Of a stretch of 64,000 nt of DNA, positions 29,686-40,862 are shown piece after piece; the stretch's first letter is position 1, and each line of letters begins with the position of its first letter. The stretch comes from Oligoflexia bacterium. Lineage in GTDB: Bacteria > Bdellovibrionota > UBA1018. The DNA lies in NCBI GenBank assembly GCA_014378465.1, contig JACMNQ010000021.1, forward strand, positions 4,898-68,897, given 5' to 3'. The notes below the pieces were generated by a model. The model saw nothing but the letters and a program-made list of their open reading frames with translations, had not been told where the DNA came from and did not search any database. Position numbers and translations under genes: made by a program.

Positions 29686-31035
29686 ATGCATTCCCATATC
29701 CATGGCCACCCTGCCCTGCTTCAAGCCGTCCGCAAGCTTGAGCAGATGAATCCCGACAAATTCGAACTCTATTTCCTGAGAAAGACTTCGACCAGGATTG
29801 ACTCCAAAAACGGCGAAGTGGATTCTCTTTCCCGCTCCGAGGACGTCGGCCTCTCCGTGCGCCTGATCCGCGATCAGCGCATGGGTTTCAGTTTCACGAC
29901 ATCCCTCGAAAAGGACGCCATTGACCGAGCCATCCAGGCGGCTTTGGACATCGCGGCCGTCATGCCGGCCGATCCATTCGTGGATCTTCATCCCTTTGGC
30001 TCCTCGGTTTACCCAGCCGTCGATCATTATGACACTCGAGGGCTGGCCACTCCGATCGAACAGAAGATCGCCCTCGCCCATGAACTCGAAGCCCAGTGTC
30101 GGCGCGCGGACAAACGCATCACGGGCATTCGAGCCGCCTCCCTGAGTGAGACGGCATATGAAATTCACATGCTCGACTCCAACAGCGAGCACATCCAGCA
30201 CCAGAGCACGCTCTTCTCAGCAAGCATCACCTGCAAGGCCGAACAGGACGGGGACAGTCAGATGGGTGGGGAATTTGATTTCTCCAACTACCTGGACAAT
30301 CTCAACACGGCGAACGTCGGAAAGCTCGCGGCCCAGTGGGCAACCGAGCTTCTCGGCGCCAAGCCCTGCCCTACCCTCAAGTGCCCGGCCATCATTCGAA
30401 ATGACGTCGTCGCCCAGTTGCTGGAATTCATTTCCGGAAGTTTTTCGGCTGAAGAAATCGACAAGGGTCGCAGCATGCTGGCCGGAAAAGAAGGCACTCG
30501 CATCTTCTCCGAACGCCTGACGCTCGTGGATGACGGTCTCTTGCCCGGCGGTTACGCGACTTCTCCTTTTGACGGCGAAGGCGTACCCTCTTCACACACG
30601 ACGCTTGTGGACGGAGGTTTCTTTTCCGGCATCCTTTATGACAGCTACCACGCGCGCAAAAAGGGAACCGACTCGACCGGCAATGCGACGCGCGGAATCA
30701 AGGGGCCTCCTTCGATCGGTCCCACGAACCTCTACCTGAACAAGGGCAAGAAGAGCCTTGCTGAACTTCAAGCCGGCATCACGAAAGGGATCCTCATCAC
30801 GGATCTCATGGGCGTGCATACCGCGAATTCAGTGACCGGTGAATTCTCACTCGGAGCTTCAGGCATCCTGATTGAAAATGGAGTGCTCACTCACCCGGTC
30901 AAAGGTTTCGCCGTCGCAGGCAACGTGCTCGATATCTTCAGGCACCTGACGGACATCGGAAGCGATCTGAGATTCTTCGGCAATATCGGAACCGCGAGCA
31001 TCAGCATTCCTGAACTTTCGGTCAGCGGGACCTGA
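29686..31035 (+). CDS. pmbA: TldD/PmbA family protein, PmbA (TldE)-type
   Basis: Motifs LTLVDDG..ATSPFDGEG, GNATRG, LMGVHTANSVTGEFSLGASG and VAGNVLD. No HExxxH motif, so it is the non-catalytic type. Confidence 0.88.
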   Translation: MHSHIHGHPALLQAVRKLEQMNPDKFELYFLRKTSTRIDSKNGEVDSLSRSEDVGLSVRLIRDQRMGFSFTTSLEKDAIDRAIQAALDIAAVMPADPFVDLHPFGSSVYPAVDHYDTRGLATPIEQKIALAHELEAQCRRADKRITGIRAASLSETAYEIHMLDSNSEHIQHQSTLFSASITCKAEQDGDSQMGGEFDFSNYLDNLNTANVGKLAAQWATELLGAKPCPTLKCPAIIRNDVVAQLLEFISGSFSAEEIDKGRSMLAGKEGTRIFSERLTLVDDGLLPGGYATSPFDGEGVPSSHTTLVDGGFFSGILYDSYHARKKGTDSTGNATRGIKGPPSIGPTNLYLNKGKKSLAELQAGITKGILITDLMGVHTANSVTGEFSLGASGILIENGVLTHPVKGFAVAGNVLDIFRHLTDIGSDLRFFGNIGTASISIPELSVSGT

Positions 31036-31038
31036 GAC

Positions 31039-31920
31039 ATGGGAAACACCGGAAAAACGGGAAACACGGGAACTCCAGACAGTTCCGGAAATTCAGCCTC
31101 TTCGGGCCATTTTCACGTCGGTTACGCGACCAACATCGGGATGAAAAGGCAGCAGAACCAGGACAGCGTCGGAAGCTTTCCTGAAAATGGCCTCTACATC
31201 GTGGCCGACGGCATGGGTGGACACCGCGGCGGCGAAACGGCCAGCGCCATGGCCGTCGAACTCATTGCGGAAACTTTTCAGAAGAACATGAAGTCCTCGC
31301 GCGCCAACCCGGGCATCGCGCTCACTGAAGCGTTTCGAAAGGCCAGCGGACAGATTCTCAAGCGTTCCAGCAACGAAGAAAATCTCAAGGGGATGGGCAC
31401 GACCGCCACGGCCCTCTATGCTCCGGTTCACGGGCAAACCTCCAGTGTCTACATCGGTCATGTCGGTGACAGTCGGTGCTACCTGCTGCAGCCCAGGGAA
31501 AATATCATCTGGCAGATCACACGCGATCACTCCCTCGTGCAGGAAAAGCTGCGCGCGGGCATGATCAACCGTGAACAGGCCAAGACGGACCGGATGAAGA
31601 ACGTGATCACGCGTTCGGTGGGTTTTGATTCCGCACTTCAAGTCGACATCTATGAGTACGACTGCAAGCCCGGCGACTGCTTTCTCCTGTGCTCAGACGG
31701 ACTCTCCGGACTGGTTGAGGACGCGAAGATTCTCGAGATCATCTCCGGCTACCTCATGGAGAACGCCGCGGGCACCGTCAAAGATTCAACTCCGCCTTCC
31801 CCGTCGCCCCTGGCGATTCATGAAAAGCTGCAAGCAGCTGTCGATCGTCTCATTGAGACCGCCAATTCCAATGGCGGAGACGACAATATTACTGCACTAT
31901 TGATTCAAAGAGATGGCTAA
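31039..31920 (+). CDS. PP2C-family Ser/Thr protein phosphatase
   Basis: Motifs KRQQNQD, IVADGMGGH, HVGDSRCY, LLCSDGL and GGDDNIT. Confidence 0.92.
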   Translation: MGNTGKTGNTGTPDSSGNSASSGHFHVGYATNIGMKRQQNQDSVGSFPENGLYIVADGMGGHRGGETASAMAVELIAETFQKNMKSSRANPGIALTEAFRKASGQILKRSSNEENLKGMGTTATALYAPVHGQTSSVYIGHVGDSRCYLLQPRENIIWQITRDHSLVQEKLRAGMINREQAKTDRMKNVITRSVGFDSALQVDIYEYDCKPGDCFLLCSDGLSGLVEDAKILEIISGYLMENAAGTVKDSTPPSPSPLAIHEKLQAAVDRLIETANSNGGDDNITALLIQRDG

Positions 31921-32875
31921 TCGATATTTCACCGTACTGATCATTCCCGAAAAAACCTCCCAGGTGAGGCGCTTGATTCTGCCCAGCTGGCTCATCAAGG
32001 GCGCGGCCGTGGCTGCCTGTTTTTCAATCATCCTCGGCGGCATCATGCTGCTGGACTACTGGTATGTGATGAGCCAGATCACCGAGAACAATCAGCTCAA
32101 GGTGGAAAATCGCCGACTTCGGCAGCAGGTGCAGGTCTTCAAGAGCAAGATGAACACGCTTGAAGGGACGCTCGACCGGGTCAAGACTTTCAGCAATCGC
32201 CTGAAGGTCATCACGAATCTTGAGGACCGGGGCTTTTTTCACGCCAAGAATGAAGTGAAACTCCCGGACGCCGCCACGAACATCGGCGAGACGAAGATGC
32301 CGCCTTCGATCGCGGCGATTGAAGCCGAGATCGACAGCAAGGATCCTGAGCAGCAGGTGCTGAAAAAACAGTATGTGGAGATGGAGCATTCCTTCACGGA
32401 GCTCAACAATGAGGCCCTGAAGACCGAGCAGATTCTTCAGGACCAGTATGAGCTTCTCGCGGATCAGAAGGCCTTTCTCGCCGCACTGCCGACTCGCAAG
32501 CCGGCGGTCGGGTACTTCACTTCAGGATTTGGCGTGAGACGGTCTCCTTTTGGTGACCGAGCCAAAATGCATGAAGGTCTCGACATCGCCAACCACCCGG
32601 GAACTCCGATCAAGGCACCGGCTGACGGTGTGGTCTCCTTCGCAGATTCGAAATCGGGTTACGGTCAAACGTTGATCCTGGATCACGGTTACGGACTGGA
32701 GACTTGGTATGGCCATACGCGCAAAATCCTGGTGAGCCGCGGCCAAAAGGTCCGACGCGGCGATACAATCGCGCTCCTCGGCAACAGTGGCCGCTCAACA
32801 GGGCCTCATGTTCACTATGAAGTGCGCGTCAATGGCACTCCTGTTGACCCCCTCTCCTACATTCTTGAAAATTAA
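31913..32875 (+). CDS. M23 family metalloendopeptidase with coiled-coil N-terminus
   Basis: Motifs HEGLDIA, TWYGH and STGPHVHYEV. TM segment followed by a coiled coil. Confidence 0.92.
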   Translation: MANRYFTVLIIPEKTSQVRRLILPSWLIKGAAVAACFSIILGGIMLLDYWYVMSQITENNQLKVENRRLRQQVQVFKSKMNTLEGTLDRVKTFSNRLKVITNLEDRGFFHAKNEVKLPDAATNIGETKMPPSIAAIEAEIDSKDPEQQVLKKQYVEMEHSFTELNNEALKTEQILQDQYELLADQKAFLAALPTRKPAVGYFTSGFGVRRSPFGDRAKMHEGLDIANHPGTPIKAPADGVVSFADSKSGYGQTLILDHGYGLETWYGHTRKILVSRGQKVRRGDTIALLGNSGRSTGPHVHYEVRVNGTPVDPLSYILEN

Positions 32876-33006
32876 ATTCAATTCCTGCGGTCAACTCCCC
32901 ACTCCCCATCGCAATTCTGAAAAATATCGCGTAAATAGTTGATGACACAGGCGGAAGTGCCCACTAGAGTTTGAAGTTAAAGCTTCACCCGAACTTCGAG
33001 AAAATT

Positions 33007-35949
33007 ATGCAATTACCGAACATCGCTCAGAAAATCTTTGGAACCCAGAACGAACGCGAATTGAAATCGATCTTCCCGATCGTCGCGCGCATCAATCAGC
33101 TCGAAGCCACCATCAAGCCCTTGAGTGACGAACAGCTCAAGGCCAAGACCGCCGAATTCAAAGGGCGCCTGGCCAAGGGTGAAACGCTCAACGATATTCT
33201 GGATGAAGCCTTCGCAGTCGTTCGGGAAGCGGCCTGGAGAACCCTCGGTCAGCGTCACTACGATGTTCAGTTGATCGGCGGGATCACGCTTCACCGCGGA
33301 CGCATCGCTGAAATGAGAACTGGCGAAGGAAAAACCCTGGTCGCGACTCTTGCCTGTTATCTCAACGCTCTCAGCGGCAAGGGCATTCACGTCATCACCG
33401 TCAATGATTACCTCGCGCGCCGAGATGCTCAGCAGATGGGGCAGGTCTATGGATTTCTCGGCCTCACCGTCGGAGTGATCGTGCACGGGCTTTCGGACGC
33501 GCAGAGAAAACAGAATTACGGCTGCGACATCACTTACGGCACGAACAACGAGTTCGGTTTTGATTACCTCCGCGACAACATGAAATTTCGCCTCGACGAC
33601 TACGTCCAGCGCGAGCTGAATTTCGCCATTGTTGACGAAGTGGATTCCATCCTGATTGACGAAGCGAGAACTCCGCTCATCATCAGTGGTCCGACCGATG
33701 ATTCGACCGACATGTATTACAAGATTGACCAGCAGCTTGCGTCCGGAAACGCGCTGACCCCGGAAATCGACTACACCATTGACGAAAAATCCAAGTCCGC
33801 CGCGCTCACTGAAGCGGGCGTCGACAAGATGGAGAAGCGTCTTGGGATCGCCAATCTCTATGATCCGGCCAACATCGAAGTGCTCCATCACGTCAACCAG
33901 GGGCTGAGAGCGCACGTGCTCTTCAAGCTCGACGTCGATTACGTGGTGAAAGACGGCGAAGTCATGATCGTCGATGAATTCACGGGACGCCTCATGCCGG
34001 GCCGCCGCTGGTCCGATGGACTCCATCAGGCCATCGAAGCCAAAGAAGGCGTGAACATCGAAAATGAGAATCAGACTCTCGCGACGATCACTTTTCAGAA
34101 TTACTTCCGCATGTACAACAAACTCAGCGGGATGACCGGCACGGCCGATACGGAAGCCACCGAGTTCAAACAGATCTACAAGCTTGATGTCACGATCGTG
34201 CCCACGAACCGCAACATGATCCGAAAGGACAATGCGGACGTCATCTACAAATCCCAGCTCGCGAAATTCACGGCGGCAGCAGCTGAGATTCAGCGCCTGC
34301 ATGAAAAGGGTCAGCCCGTGCTGGTGGGGACCGTCTCCGTCGAACGCTCCGAATTCATCGCGGCGATTCTCAAGAAGAACGGCATCAAGCACAACGTCCT
34401 GAACGCGAAACAGCATCAGCGTGAAGCCGAGATCGTCGCCCAGGCCGGACGAAAGGGAGCAGTCACGATTTCGACCAACATGGCCGGTCGTGGAACTGAC
34501 ATTCTTCTCGGTGGAAATGCCGAGTTTCTTGCCAAGAACGAAGTCGGCCCGCTGAAAGCGGACGCGACGGACGAAGAAAAAGCGGAACACGAAAAAGCGG
34601 TTCACGAAGCGATGGACCGCTGGGCAAAGCTCTGCGCGAAGGAAAAGGAAGAAGTCCTCCAGGCTGGCGGGCTTTTCATTCTCGGAACCGAACGCCACGA
34701 ATCTCGCCGAATCGACAATCAGCTTCGCGGTCGCGCGGGACGCCAGGGCGATCCGGGGGAAAGCCGTTTCTACCTTTCCTTCGAAGATGATCTGCTCCGC
34801 ATCTTTGGTCAGAATGAACTCATGAAGCGCACGGTCGCCGCCATGGAAGAAGAAGTGCCGATCGAACATCGCTGGACCACCAAGGCGATTGAAAATGCCC
34901 AGCGCAAGGTCGAAGGACACAACTACGATATCCGCAAGCACCTGCTTGAATACGATGACGTCATGAACCAGCAGCGCCAGGTCGTTTACAACTGGCGCAA
35001 GGCCGTTCTTGCGAGCGAGAATCTCAAGGAAATGGCGTACTCGATGATCGGTGACCTCGCCGCGAACATCGGACAGGACTTTTTCCCGAACGGCAAACTC
35101 AAGCGTGAAAATGGACATGCGTCCCTGGACGTCAATGAACTGAACGTCGCCATTTCGACGACTCTTCAGATTGAATCAAAGGTCTCCGAAAAGGACCTTC
35201 ACCCGTTCAATCACATCGGCCTCAGGGACCTGATCGTCACGACGGCCAAAGAAGCCTACGAAGCCAAGGAAAAGAACTTCGGCGACACGGTCATGCGCCA
35301 GCTGGAGAAGATGATTCTCCTGACGACGATCGATCACCTGTGGAAAGATCACCTGCTCGCGATGGATCACCTCCGCGAAGGAATCGGCCTTCAGGGTTAT
35401 GGGCAGAAGGATCCCCTCATCGCTTACAAGAAAGAGGGCTTCGGCTACTTTCAGCTGATGATGGACCAGATCAACGTGGACGTGATTCGCAAACTTTTCG
35501 CGGTTCAGCTTTCACCTGAAGAAACTCCTGATTTTCAGCGTGATTTTGACGCGGAACTCGAAGAGAATGAGCCCTCGCTCGCCGACATTCAGTACAACAT
35601 CAATGAAAATGGCGAACTGGTTCCCGTCAGTGGCAGCGCGCAGCCTGAGCTCGCGCATGCCGGCGCCGGAAGTCCGTCGGGTCATGCCGGGCATACACAC
35701 GCGGCCGGGGCGCACGCCGCGGGCGGACACCTGGAGGCCGCTGAATCTGCAGCCGCCATTCCCGCGCGGAGTTTCGATGTCGCTGACATGGCCAAAGCGC
35801 CTCGTCAGATGATGATGAGCCGCGGGCCACTCACTGCCGGTGCAGGCGGTGGCATGTCCATGGGCGCGACTGACCCCGACAAAGTCGGCCGCAATGGTCC
35901 CTGCCCTTGTGGCAGTGGCAAGAAATACAAGAAGTGCCATGGGGCCTAA
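33007..35949 (+). CDS. secA: Preprotein translocase subunit SecA
   Basis: Motifs [46 protein letters not shown] and the C-terminal SEC-C motif [17 protein letters not shown] 33007 (ORF-track TTG 32971). Confidence 0.97.
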   Translation: MQLPNIAQKIFGTQNERELKSIFPIVARINQLEATIKPLSDEQLKAKTAEFKGRLAKGETLNDILDEAFAVVREAAWRTLGQRHYDVQLIGGITLHRGRIAEMRTGEGKTLVATLACYLNALSGKGIHVITVNDYLARRDAQQMGQVYGFLGLTVGVIVHGLSDAQRKQNYGCDITYGTNNEFGFDYLRDNMKFRLDDYVQRELNFAIVDEVDSILIDEARTPLIISGPTDDSTDMYYKIDQQLASGNALTPEIDYTIDEKSKSAALTEAGVDKMEKRLGIANLYDPANIEVLHHVNQGLRAHVLFKLDVDYVVKDGEVMIVDEFTGRLMPGRRWSDGLHQAIEAKEGVNIENENQTLATITFQNYFRMYNKLSGMTGTADTEATEFKQIYKLDVTIVPTNRNMIRKDNADVIYKSQLAKFTAAAAEIQRLHEKGQPVLVGTVSVERSEFIAAILKKNGIKHNVLNAKQHQREAEIVAQAGRKGAVTISTNMAGRGTDILLGGNAEFLAKNEVGPLKADATDEEKAEHEKAVHEAMDRWAKLCAKEKEEVLQAGGLFILGTERHESRRIDNQLRGRAGRQGDPGESRFYLSFEDDLLRIFGQNELMKRTVAAMEEEVPIEHRWTTKAIENAQRKVEGHNYDIRKHLLEYDDVMNQQRQVVYNWRKAVLASENLKEMAYSMIGDLAANIGQDFFPNGKLKRENGHASLDVNELNVAISTTLQIESKVSEKDLHPFNHIGLRDLIVTTAKEAYEAKEKNFGDTVMRQLEKMILLTTIDHLWKDHLLAMDHLREGIGLQGYGQKDPLIAYKKEGFGYFQLMMDQINVDVIRKLFAVQLSPEETPDFQRDFDAELEENEPSLADIQYNINENGELVPVSGSAQPELAHAGAGSPSGHAGHTHAAGAHAAGGHLEAAESAAAIPARSFDVADMAKAPRQMMMSRGPLTAGAGGGMSMGATDPDKVGRNGPCPCGSGKKYKKCHGA

Positions 35950-37318
35950 GTCGGGCGATGGCCCAAGCGACGGACGCTTGGGCGATTCCGGTTCCGATTC
36001 GACGAAAAGCAAGATCACGGACCTGACCGGAATCAGCAAGCTCGTCAAAAACACGAAAGACTCCGCCCCTTCCCCTGACTCATTGGAACTTCAGTTTGAA
36101 GAATCCGCACCGGCACTGCAGGACTCCGAATTTCTCATGGACTTTGAACCCATGGGATCTGAACCTCCCAGCGAATCCGAACTCGCCGAAGAAAAAGCGG
36201 CGCATTTCGCGGCTTCCCAGGGCAATGGGCCGGGCCAGGGCCAGAGCCAGAGCAATGATGAAATCATCCTCGAAGAGAGCGCTCCTTTCGGAAATGACGA
36301 TCTCGCGGAATTTGATCAGCCGCTCGGAGTATCCGAAGGATCACACTCAGCATCATCCGAAGGATCGGGCGAGGCACTGGGCGAAACGCTCCCCGAAGAA
36401 GCCTCCACAATACCTTCAGAGGACCTCGCAGTCGACTTGCCGGATTTCTCCGCGAGTCTGGATGAACTGGTACTTGAGGCGGAAGCTTCTGGGCATCTGA
36501 ACCCTGCTCTCGAAGTTCCGGTTTTGGAACTCGGCGGCGGAACCCTCTCGACGATCACACCTCACGCGGTGAGCACGCCACAGGGCATGGACTCCGGCGC
36601 ACCTCCGCAGGGACTCAGTCAGGTGAAGGAATACTCCGACACGCTCTCGCAAGCCATCCCGCCCGTGCCCGCCAGCGTACCTTTCACTCTCAAGATCGAG
36701 GGCACTCTCAAGCCACACGAACAAGAGCGTCTTCTCGATATCCTTTCGCGTGAAAACATGGGCATTCGCGAGCTTGACCTGGAGCCGCAGCTTCAGGCCG
36801 GACGAATTCTGATTCCAAGAGTGAGTGAGTTTGCCGCCATTCTTCTCGTGCAGGCGCTGCGAAGCGCGCATGTGAAAATTCAGATGCTGCCCTCCGACGG
36901 AATCGTCGCCGGACATTCAGGCACTCACGCAAGCGGCATGAATGGTCCAGGCGCTTATGACACTTCCGGCATCACTCAAAGTGAAATCCAGACCAGTGAA
37001 GCTTCAGACACTGCCCCACATCCGGCCGAGAAAATCCCGGTCACACCCAGCACGACTTTCGCACAGTACAAACGCATTCAGGTGATCGACACCGTGACGG
37101 CGAGCGCGACTCTCAAGTCAAACGCCATTGACGTCGAAAGTTCCGCCGTTTTTCAGCAGATTCTGGAATCCTTGCAGCGCGAACTCAAGTACAAGGCCTT
37201 CCGAAAAGGCGCGACTGCCGTGCTCGGTTTCTCAGTCACCGTCACTCCCCAGGATCTCCCGAGTCACTACCGCCTTCTCGTCATGGGAACCGCGGTCAGG
37301 GAATTCAGCCAGAGCTAG
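35939..37318 (+). CDS. Acidic low-complexity protein with C-terminal YbjQ/heavy-metal-binding-like domain
   Basis: ATG overlaps the end of secA. The N-terminal half is E/D/S/P-rich. C-terminus IPVT..IDTV...[16 protein letters not shown]...LVMGTAV resembles YbjQ (UPF0145). Confidence 0.6.
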   Translation: MGPKSGDGPSDGRLGDSGSDSTKSKITDLTGISKLVKNTKDSAPSPDSLELQFEESAPALQDSEFLMDFEPMGSEPPSESELAEEKAAHFAASQGNGPGQGQSQSNDEIILEESAPFGNDDLAEFDQPLGVSEGSHSASSEGSGEALGETLPEEASTIPSEDLAVDLPDFSASLDELVLEAEASGHLNPALEVPVLELGGGTLSTITPHAVSTPQGMDSGAPPQGLSQVKEYSDTLSQAIPPVPASVPFTLKIEGTLKPHEQERLLDILSRENMGIRELDLEPQLQAGRILIPRVSEFAAILLVQALRSAHVKIQMLPSDGIVAGHSGTHASGMNGPGAYDTSGITQSEIQTSEASDTAPHPAEKIPVTPSTTFAQYKRIQVIDTVTASATLKSNAIDVESSAVFQQILESLQRELKYKAFRKGATAVLGFSVTVTPQDLPSHYRLLVMGTAVREFSQS

Positions 37319-37459
37319 TTCTCAGCCAGGTCTTTCTCAGTGTGGGAAAGTGATTTTTCGATCTTAGCCAGGCGTGCGGTGGTCGGGTTTCATCCGAAAT
37401 TTGCCTCAGTGGCTAAATTCTAAATGCGAGCCGGCACAACGCGATGGACGCTGGCGTGC

Positions 37460-37867
37460 TCAAATTGCTGTTCCGGTCAGCCTTCCAATTCCGGCCGTCA
37501 CGAGCGTCGCGAGCGCACCCCAGAAAAAAACCCGCATCGCAAAGCTCACCGCGGAAGCCAGCGCCGCCTGAATCGGCCGAGCCCGGGTAACGTGGTTGAT
37601 GCCCAGCTCATCCCGTGCGTGCGATCCCAGTGCGTCATGAGCCATCAACTGTTCGGCGACCTGAATCGCCAGTTCAACGGTCAGACCCCATTTGACATAA
37701 ATACTGGCCAATTCGCGCTTTTCGGCCCTGAAGTTCTGTTTGAGTTCCTGCTTTTCAAGCGCGAGATCCGCTGCTTCGGTATCCGCCTGAGAACTGACGG
37801 AAACATACTCACCCGCCGCCATTGAGAGGGACCCCGCGACAAGACTGGCAATGCCCGCGGCAGATTA
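37460..37867 (-). pseudogene. VIT1/CCC1 iron/manganese transporter remnant
   Basis: AGIASLVAGSLSMAAGEYVSVSSQ and HARDELGI..RPIQAALAS are VIT motifs. An in-frame TAA at 37867-37865 removes the N-terminus, and the TM segment normally between ASAVSFA and RVFFWGALA is missing. Confidence 0.75.
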
Positions 37868-38068
37868 TCCAAGGGTTGAATTTCATTCATGGTCCCCTCA
37901 TTGCCAGAAGAATGCCGATCCCGCACCAAAGTCTTGAAGACGGATGCAGGATTTTTCCGACTTTTGCCTCTGGACCGAAATGTGAATCATCGCCCTTTCG
38001 GCACCCCATGAACTCAGTCCTGGAAAGTTTCCTGTCCAACCTGCCGCCCGTCGTCTAAACTTTCAAAC

Positions 38069-38803
38069 ATGGAAGTCGGTTACCCCATTCTGCCCTTGGC
38101 TGCCGGCTGCCCCTGGAGCAATCTCGCCCCCCCGCACATCAAGCACTGCGAAGAGAATCTCTGCGCCTGGATCACGGCGCCGGCCAACACCTGGAGCAAT
38201 CTCGCGTACCTCATCGTGGGGGTCTGGCTCTGGAGGACTTTATCAAAACGCGCTTCGGAGACTTCTCCTGGCGAAGTGAAAGCCGCAAACCTGGCCGTGC
38301 TCTTCGGACCCGCCGCACTCGTGACGGGCGTGACGTCTTTTCTTTATCACGCTTCCTACACTTATGTTTTTCAAGCAATCGATTACGTCGGCATGTTCAT
38401 GTTCTCGAGTCTGCTCATCGCCTTGAACCTGAGGCGCCTGGGCGTCCTGAGACGACCTCAGGTGATCCCGGTCTACCTTGCACTCGTCGCAGTCGGCACC
38501 CTCCCTTTCATCGTGACAGGAGGATCCTCGGGGCGCTCAGCTTTCGCAGTGCAGATCAGTGTGGCCCTCCTTCTTGAAATCCGGCTCTATTTCAAATCCA
38601 AAGTCGGCACCCATTACACGCTCTTCTGGACAACGCTCGGCCTTTTCGCGGCCGCTTACGGCTGCTGGTGGATTGACGCCGGGCATGTCTGGTGCGATCC
38701 GCAGAACCATGTCTTTCAGGGGCATTCAGGCTGGCACGTTTTCAGCGCGCTCTGTTCCGTGCCCATGGCGTTCTTCTACCGGCAATTCAAAACGTTGAAC
38801 TGA
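38069..38803 (+). CDS. Ceramidase/CREST-superfamily membrane hydrolase
   Basis: Motifs CEE...PANTWSNL, SFLYHAS..D..M and HSGWH. About seven TM segments. Confidence 0.75.
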   Translation: MEVGYPILPLAAGCPWSNLAPPHIKHCEENLCAWITAPANTWSNLAYLIVGVWLWRTLSKRASETSPGEVKAANLAVLFGPAALVTGVTSFLYHASYTYVFQAIDYVGMFMFSSLLIALNLRRLGVLRRPQVIPVYLALVAVGTLPFIVTGGSSGRSAFAVQISVALLLEIRLYFKSKVGTHYTLFWTTLGLFAAAYGCWWIDAGHVWCDPQNHVFQGHSGWHVFSALCSVPMAFFYRQFKTLN

Positions 38804-38807
38804 GGAT

Positions 38808-39518
38808 TCAGCCGTGGCCAGCCCAACGCGTGAAAACGCTGAGTCCACTGAGCCCGGTGATACCGGTGATGCCCGTCCAGAGAATCTTGAGACCGAAAGT
38901 CCCGATGATCACTCCGAGGCTGCGAATGCAGTAGACGTAGCCCTGGCCGGAAAGAAACGGCTTGGCTTTGACCGTGGCCGTGATGATGCACATCTTGGCG
39001 AGAAAAACGGCGACGTAAAAACTCAGAATGAAAGTCAGCACCTGGGCGGGACCTTGCGTGAAGGCCCCGACGAGAAAAGGCGAGCCCACTCCCATCCAGA
39101 ACAGATAAGGGTACGGACTCAGAGCGCTGGCCATGATTCCTTTTTTGAGCGAATGGGGTTCTGATTCCTGCACTTCGAGTTCCTTCGCCTTGTAAGTCAG
39201 GTTCTCATAGGCCATCGAAAAAATGAAAAGTGCGCCGGCCAGAGATAGAACGGAGAGCACGAGATCCAGGTGCGCGAGCCTCGACAGAGCGAAGAGCGCG
39301 AGCAGAATCACGGGAGCGTCCGTGATCAGGGGTGAGCATGAAATTTTCACGCCTTCACGCGCCCCATGTTTCAAAGTCTGTGAAATGACCAGGGTGCACA
39401 GGGGCCCGGGCGTAAAGCCGCTTGCGCCTCCCAAAGCCAGCCCCGTCAGCATCCACGACGTCCCTGTCGCCATTGCCATCGCTACTCTCTCTTTTTTGAT
39501 TTCTGAATTCGACCTCAA
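38808..39518 (-). CDS. LysE-family amino acid exporter
   Basis: GFTPGP..LVISQTLKHG..EG..D and SLKKG...LSPYPYLFW. The true start may be an internal ATG near 39475. Confidence 0.85.
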   Translation of the reverse strand: MRSNSEIKKERVAMAMATGTSWMLTGLALGGASGFTPGPLCTLVISQTLKHGAREGVKISCSPLITDAPVILLALFALSRLAHLDLVLSVLSLAGALFIFSMAYENLTYKAKELEVQESEPHSLKKGIMASALSPYPYLFWMGVGSPFLVGAFTQGPAQVLTFILSFYVAVFLAKMCIITATVKAKPFLSGQGYVYCIRSLGVIIGTFGLKILWTGITGITGLSGLSVFTRWAGHG

Positions 39519-39683
39519 TTTGAAACTGAGCCGTCCACTCGAAAAACTGTCTCAATCCTGAGTCAGCATTTGCCCACCCGCCTCGGATGGCGTCTTCAGA
39601 GTAATGAATTTTGCAACGCTCGTGAAGCACTTTCTGAAAAGAGGGAGACTTGGCTTGGTCGCTCGCTTGCAAGCTCATTGCTC

Positions 39684-40862
39684 ATGACCTTTTTGATGTC
39701 GCAGAAATCCCCGGTGCATCCTTCTCTCTCAACCCCACCTGCGCCGAAAACGGAATTCAGTGCAACCGAGAGCGCGCTGCTTGAGCTCGGGAAACTCCTT
39801 CAGCACAAGCGTTATCAATTCGTGACCCTCACGCCGGCCTCGCATGCCCGCGTTCTCGCGCGAGACCGCTTCAACCCAACTGATCCGCTTCGTGCAGTCT
39901 TCGGCTGGAATCAACCTTTCAGAAAAAATGAGCTGGATCCTTCAGTTTTTGAACTTCTGCAAAAGGCTGAAGTCCTCGAAACGCTCTCATGGGACCGGTT
40001 CAAGAGCCGCGTTCGCTTCTCGACACTCGGAGATTGCCTCTTTCTGCATTCGGCATTTCCAACGGAGGCTGCCGACAGTGTGTTTTTTGGACCCGACACT
40101 TACCGCTTCACTCGTTTCCTCAAGGAGCAACTGACGAGCCGGCAATCGGAAGGTTCCACTTTCTGGCCTCAGTCCCTGCAACCGTGTCGTCCGAAGCTTC
40201 GCGCGCTGGATCTTGGCTGTGGCGCAGGAGCAGGCGGACTCTTCCTGATCCATTCTTCGCCCTCTTCATCATCTTTTTCTTCCTCACCTTCTTCATCCTC
40301 CTCGTCTTCTTCCTCGTCTCCGGCTCCTCTTGAATTTTCGGAGATGGTGCTCTCCGACGTGAATCCGAAAGCCCTTTCCTACTCGCGAGTCAATTCAGCG
40401 ATCAATGCAGTATCCGACACCCGGCTCCACGCCGCGCCCCACAGTGCGGGAGCGTCCCTCACCTTTCTGGAGAGCGACCTCTATTCGAAGGTGAAAGGAG
40501 AGTTTGACCTGATCCTGGCCAATCCTCCCTTTCTGATCGATGGCGAGAAAAGAAGCTATCGTCACGGGGGCGAAGAAGCGGGTGCGGAACTTTCACTCCA
40601 GATCGTGAGAGGGGCTCTGTCTCGCCTGACTCCGGGAGGAAAGCTCCTGCTTTACACGGCGTCGGCCATTCAAGACGGCAAGGATCCATTCATCAACTCG
40701 GTGTACAAAATCCTGCTGGAGCCCTTTGACAAGTTCGAACTCAGCTATGAAGAAATCGATCCGGACATCTTTGGCGAAGAACTCGGACGTCAGGCGTACT
40801 CGGAAGTGGACCGCCTGGCTGCAGTCGGACTCGTGGTGACAAGACCCAAAGTCTCCGTGTGA
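39684..40862 (+). CDS. Class I SAM-dependent methyltransferase (PrmC/MTS-like)
   Basis: Motifs VFFGPDTYRF, ALDLGCGAG, LSDVN, DLILANPPF and YEEIDPDIFGEEL. ORF-track start is 39570; the true start is uncertain. Confidence 0.85.
   Translation: MTFLMSQKSPVHPSLSTPPAPKTEFSATESALLELGKLLQHKRYQFVTLTPASHARVLARDRFNPTDPLRAVFGWNQPFRKNELDPSVFELLQKAEVLETLSWDRFKSRVRFSTLGDCLFLHSAFPTEAADSVFFGPDTYRFTRFLKEQLTSRQSEGSTFWPQSLQPCRPKLRALDLGCGAGAGGLFLIHSSPSSSSFSSSPSSSSSSSSSSPAPLEFSEMVLSDVNPKALSYSRVNSAINAVSDTRLHAAPHSAGASLTFLESDLYSKVKGEFDLILANPPFLIDGEKRSYRHGGEEAGAELSLQIVRGALSRLTPGGKLLLYTASAIQDGKDPFINSVYKILLEPFDKFELSYEEIDPDIFGEELGRQAYSEVDRLAAVGLVVTRPKVSV

Noticed and set aside
33013-35118. 701-aa antisense ORF (also 27013-28848, 24473-25465, 25839-27248, 21492-22265, 2286-3032, 8796-9743, 13657-14523)
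   Set aside because: Each lies opposite a well-supported gene and has no motifs. These are typical stop-poor shadow frames of GC3-rich coding DNA.
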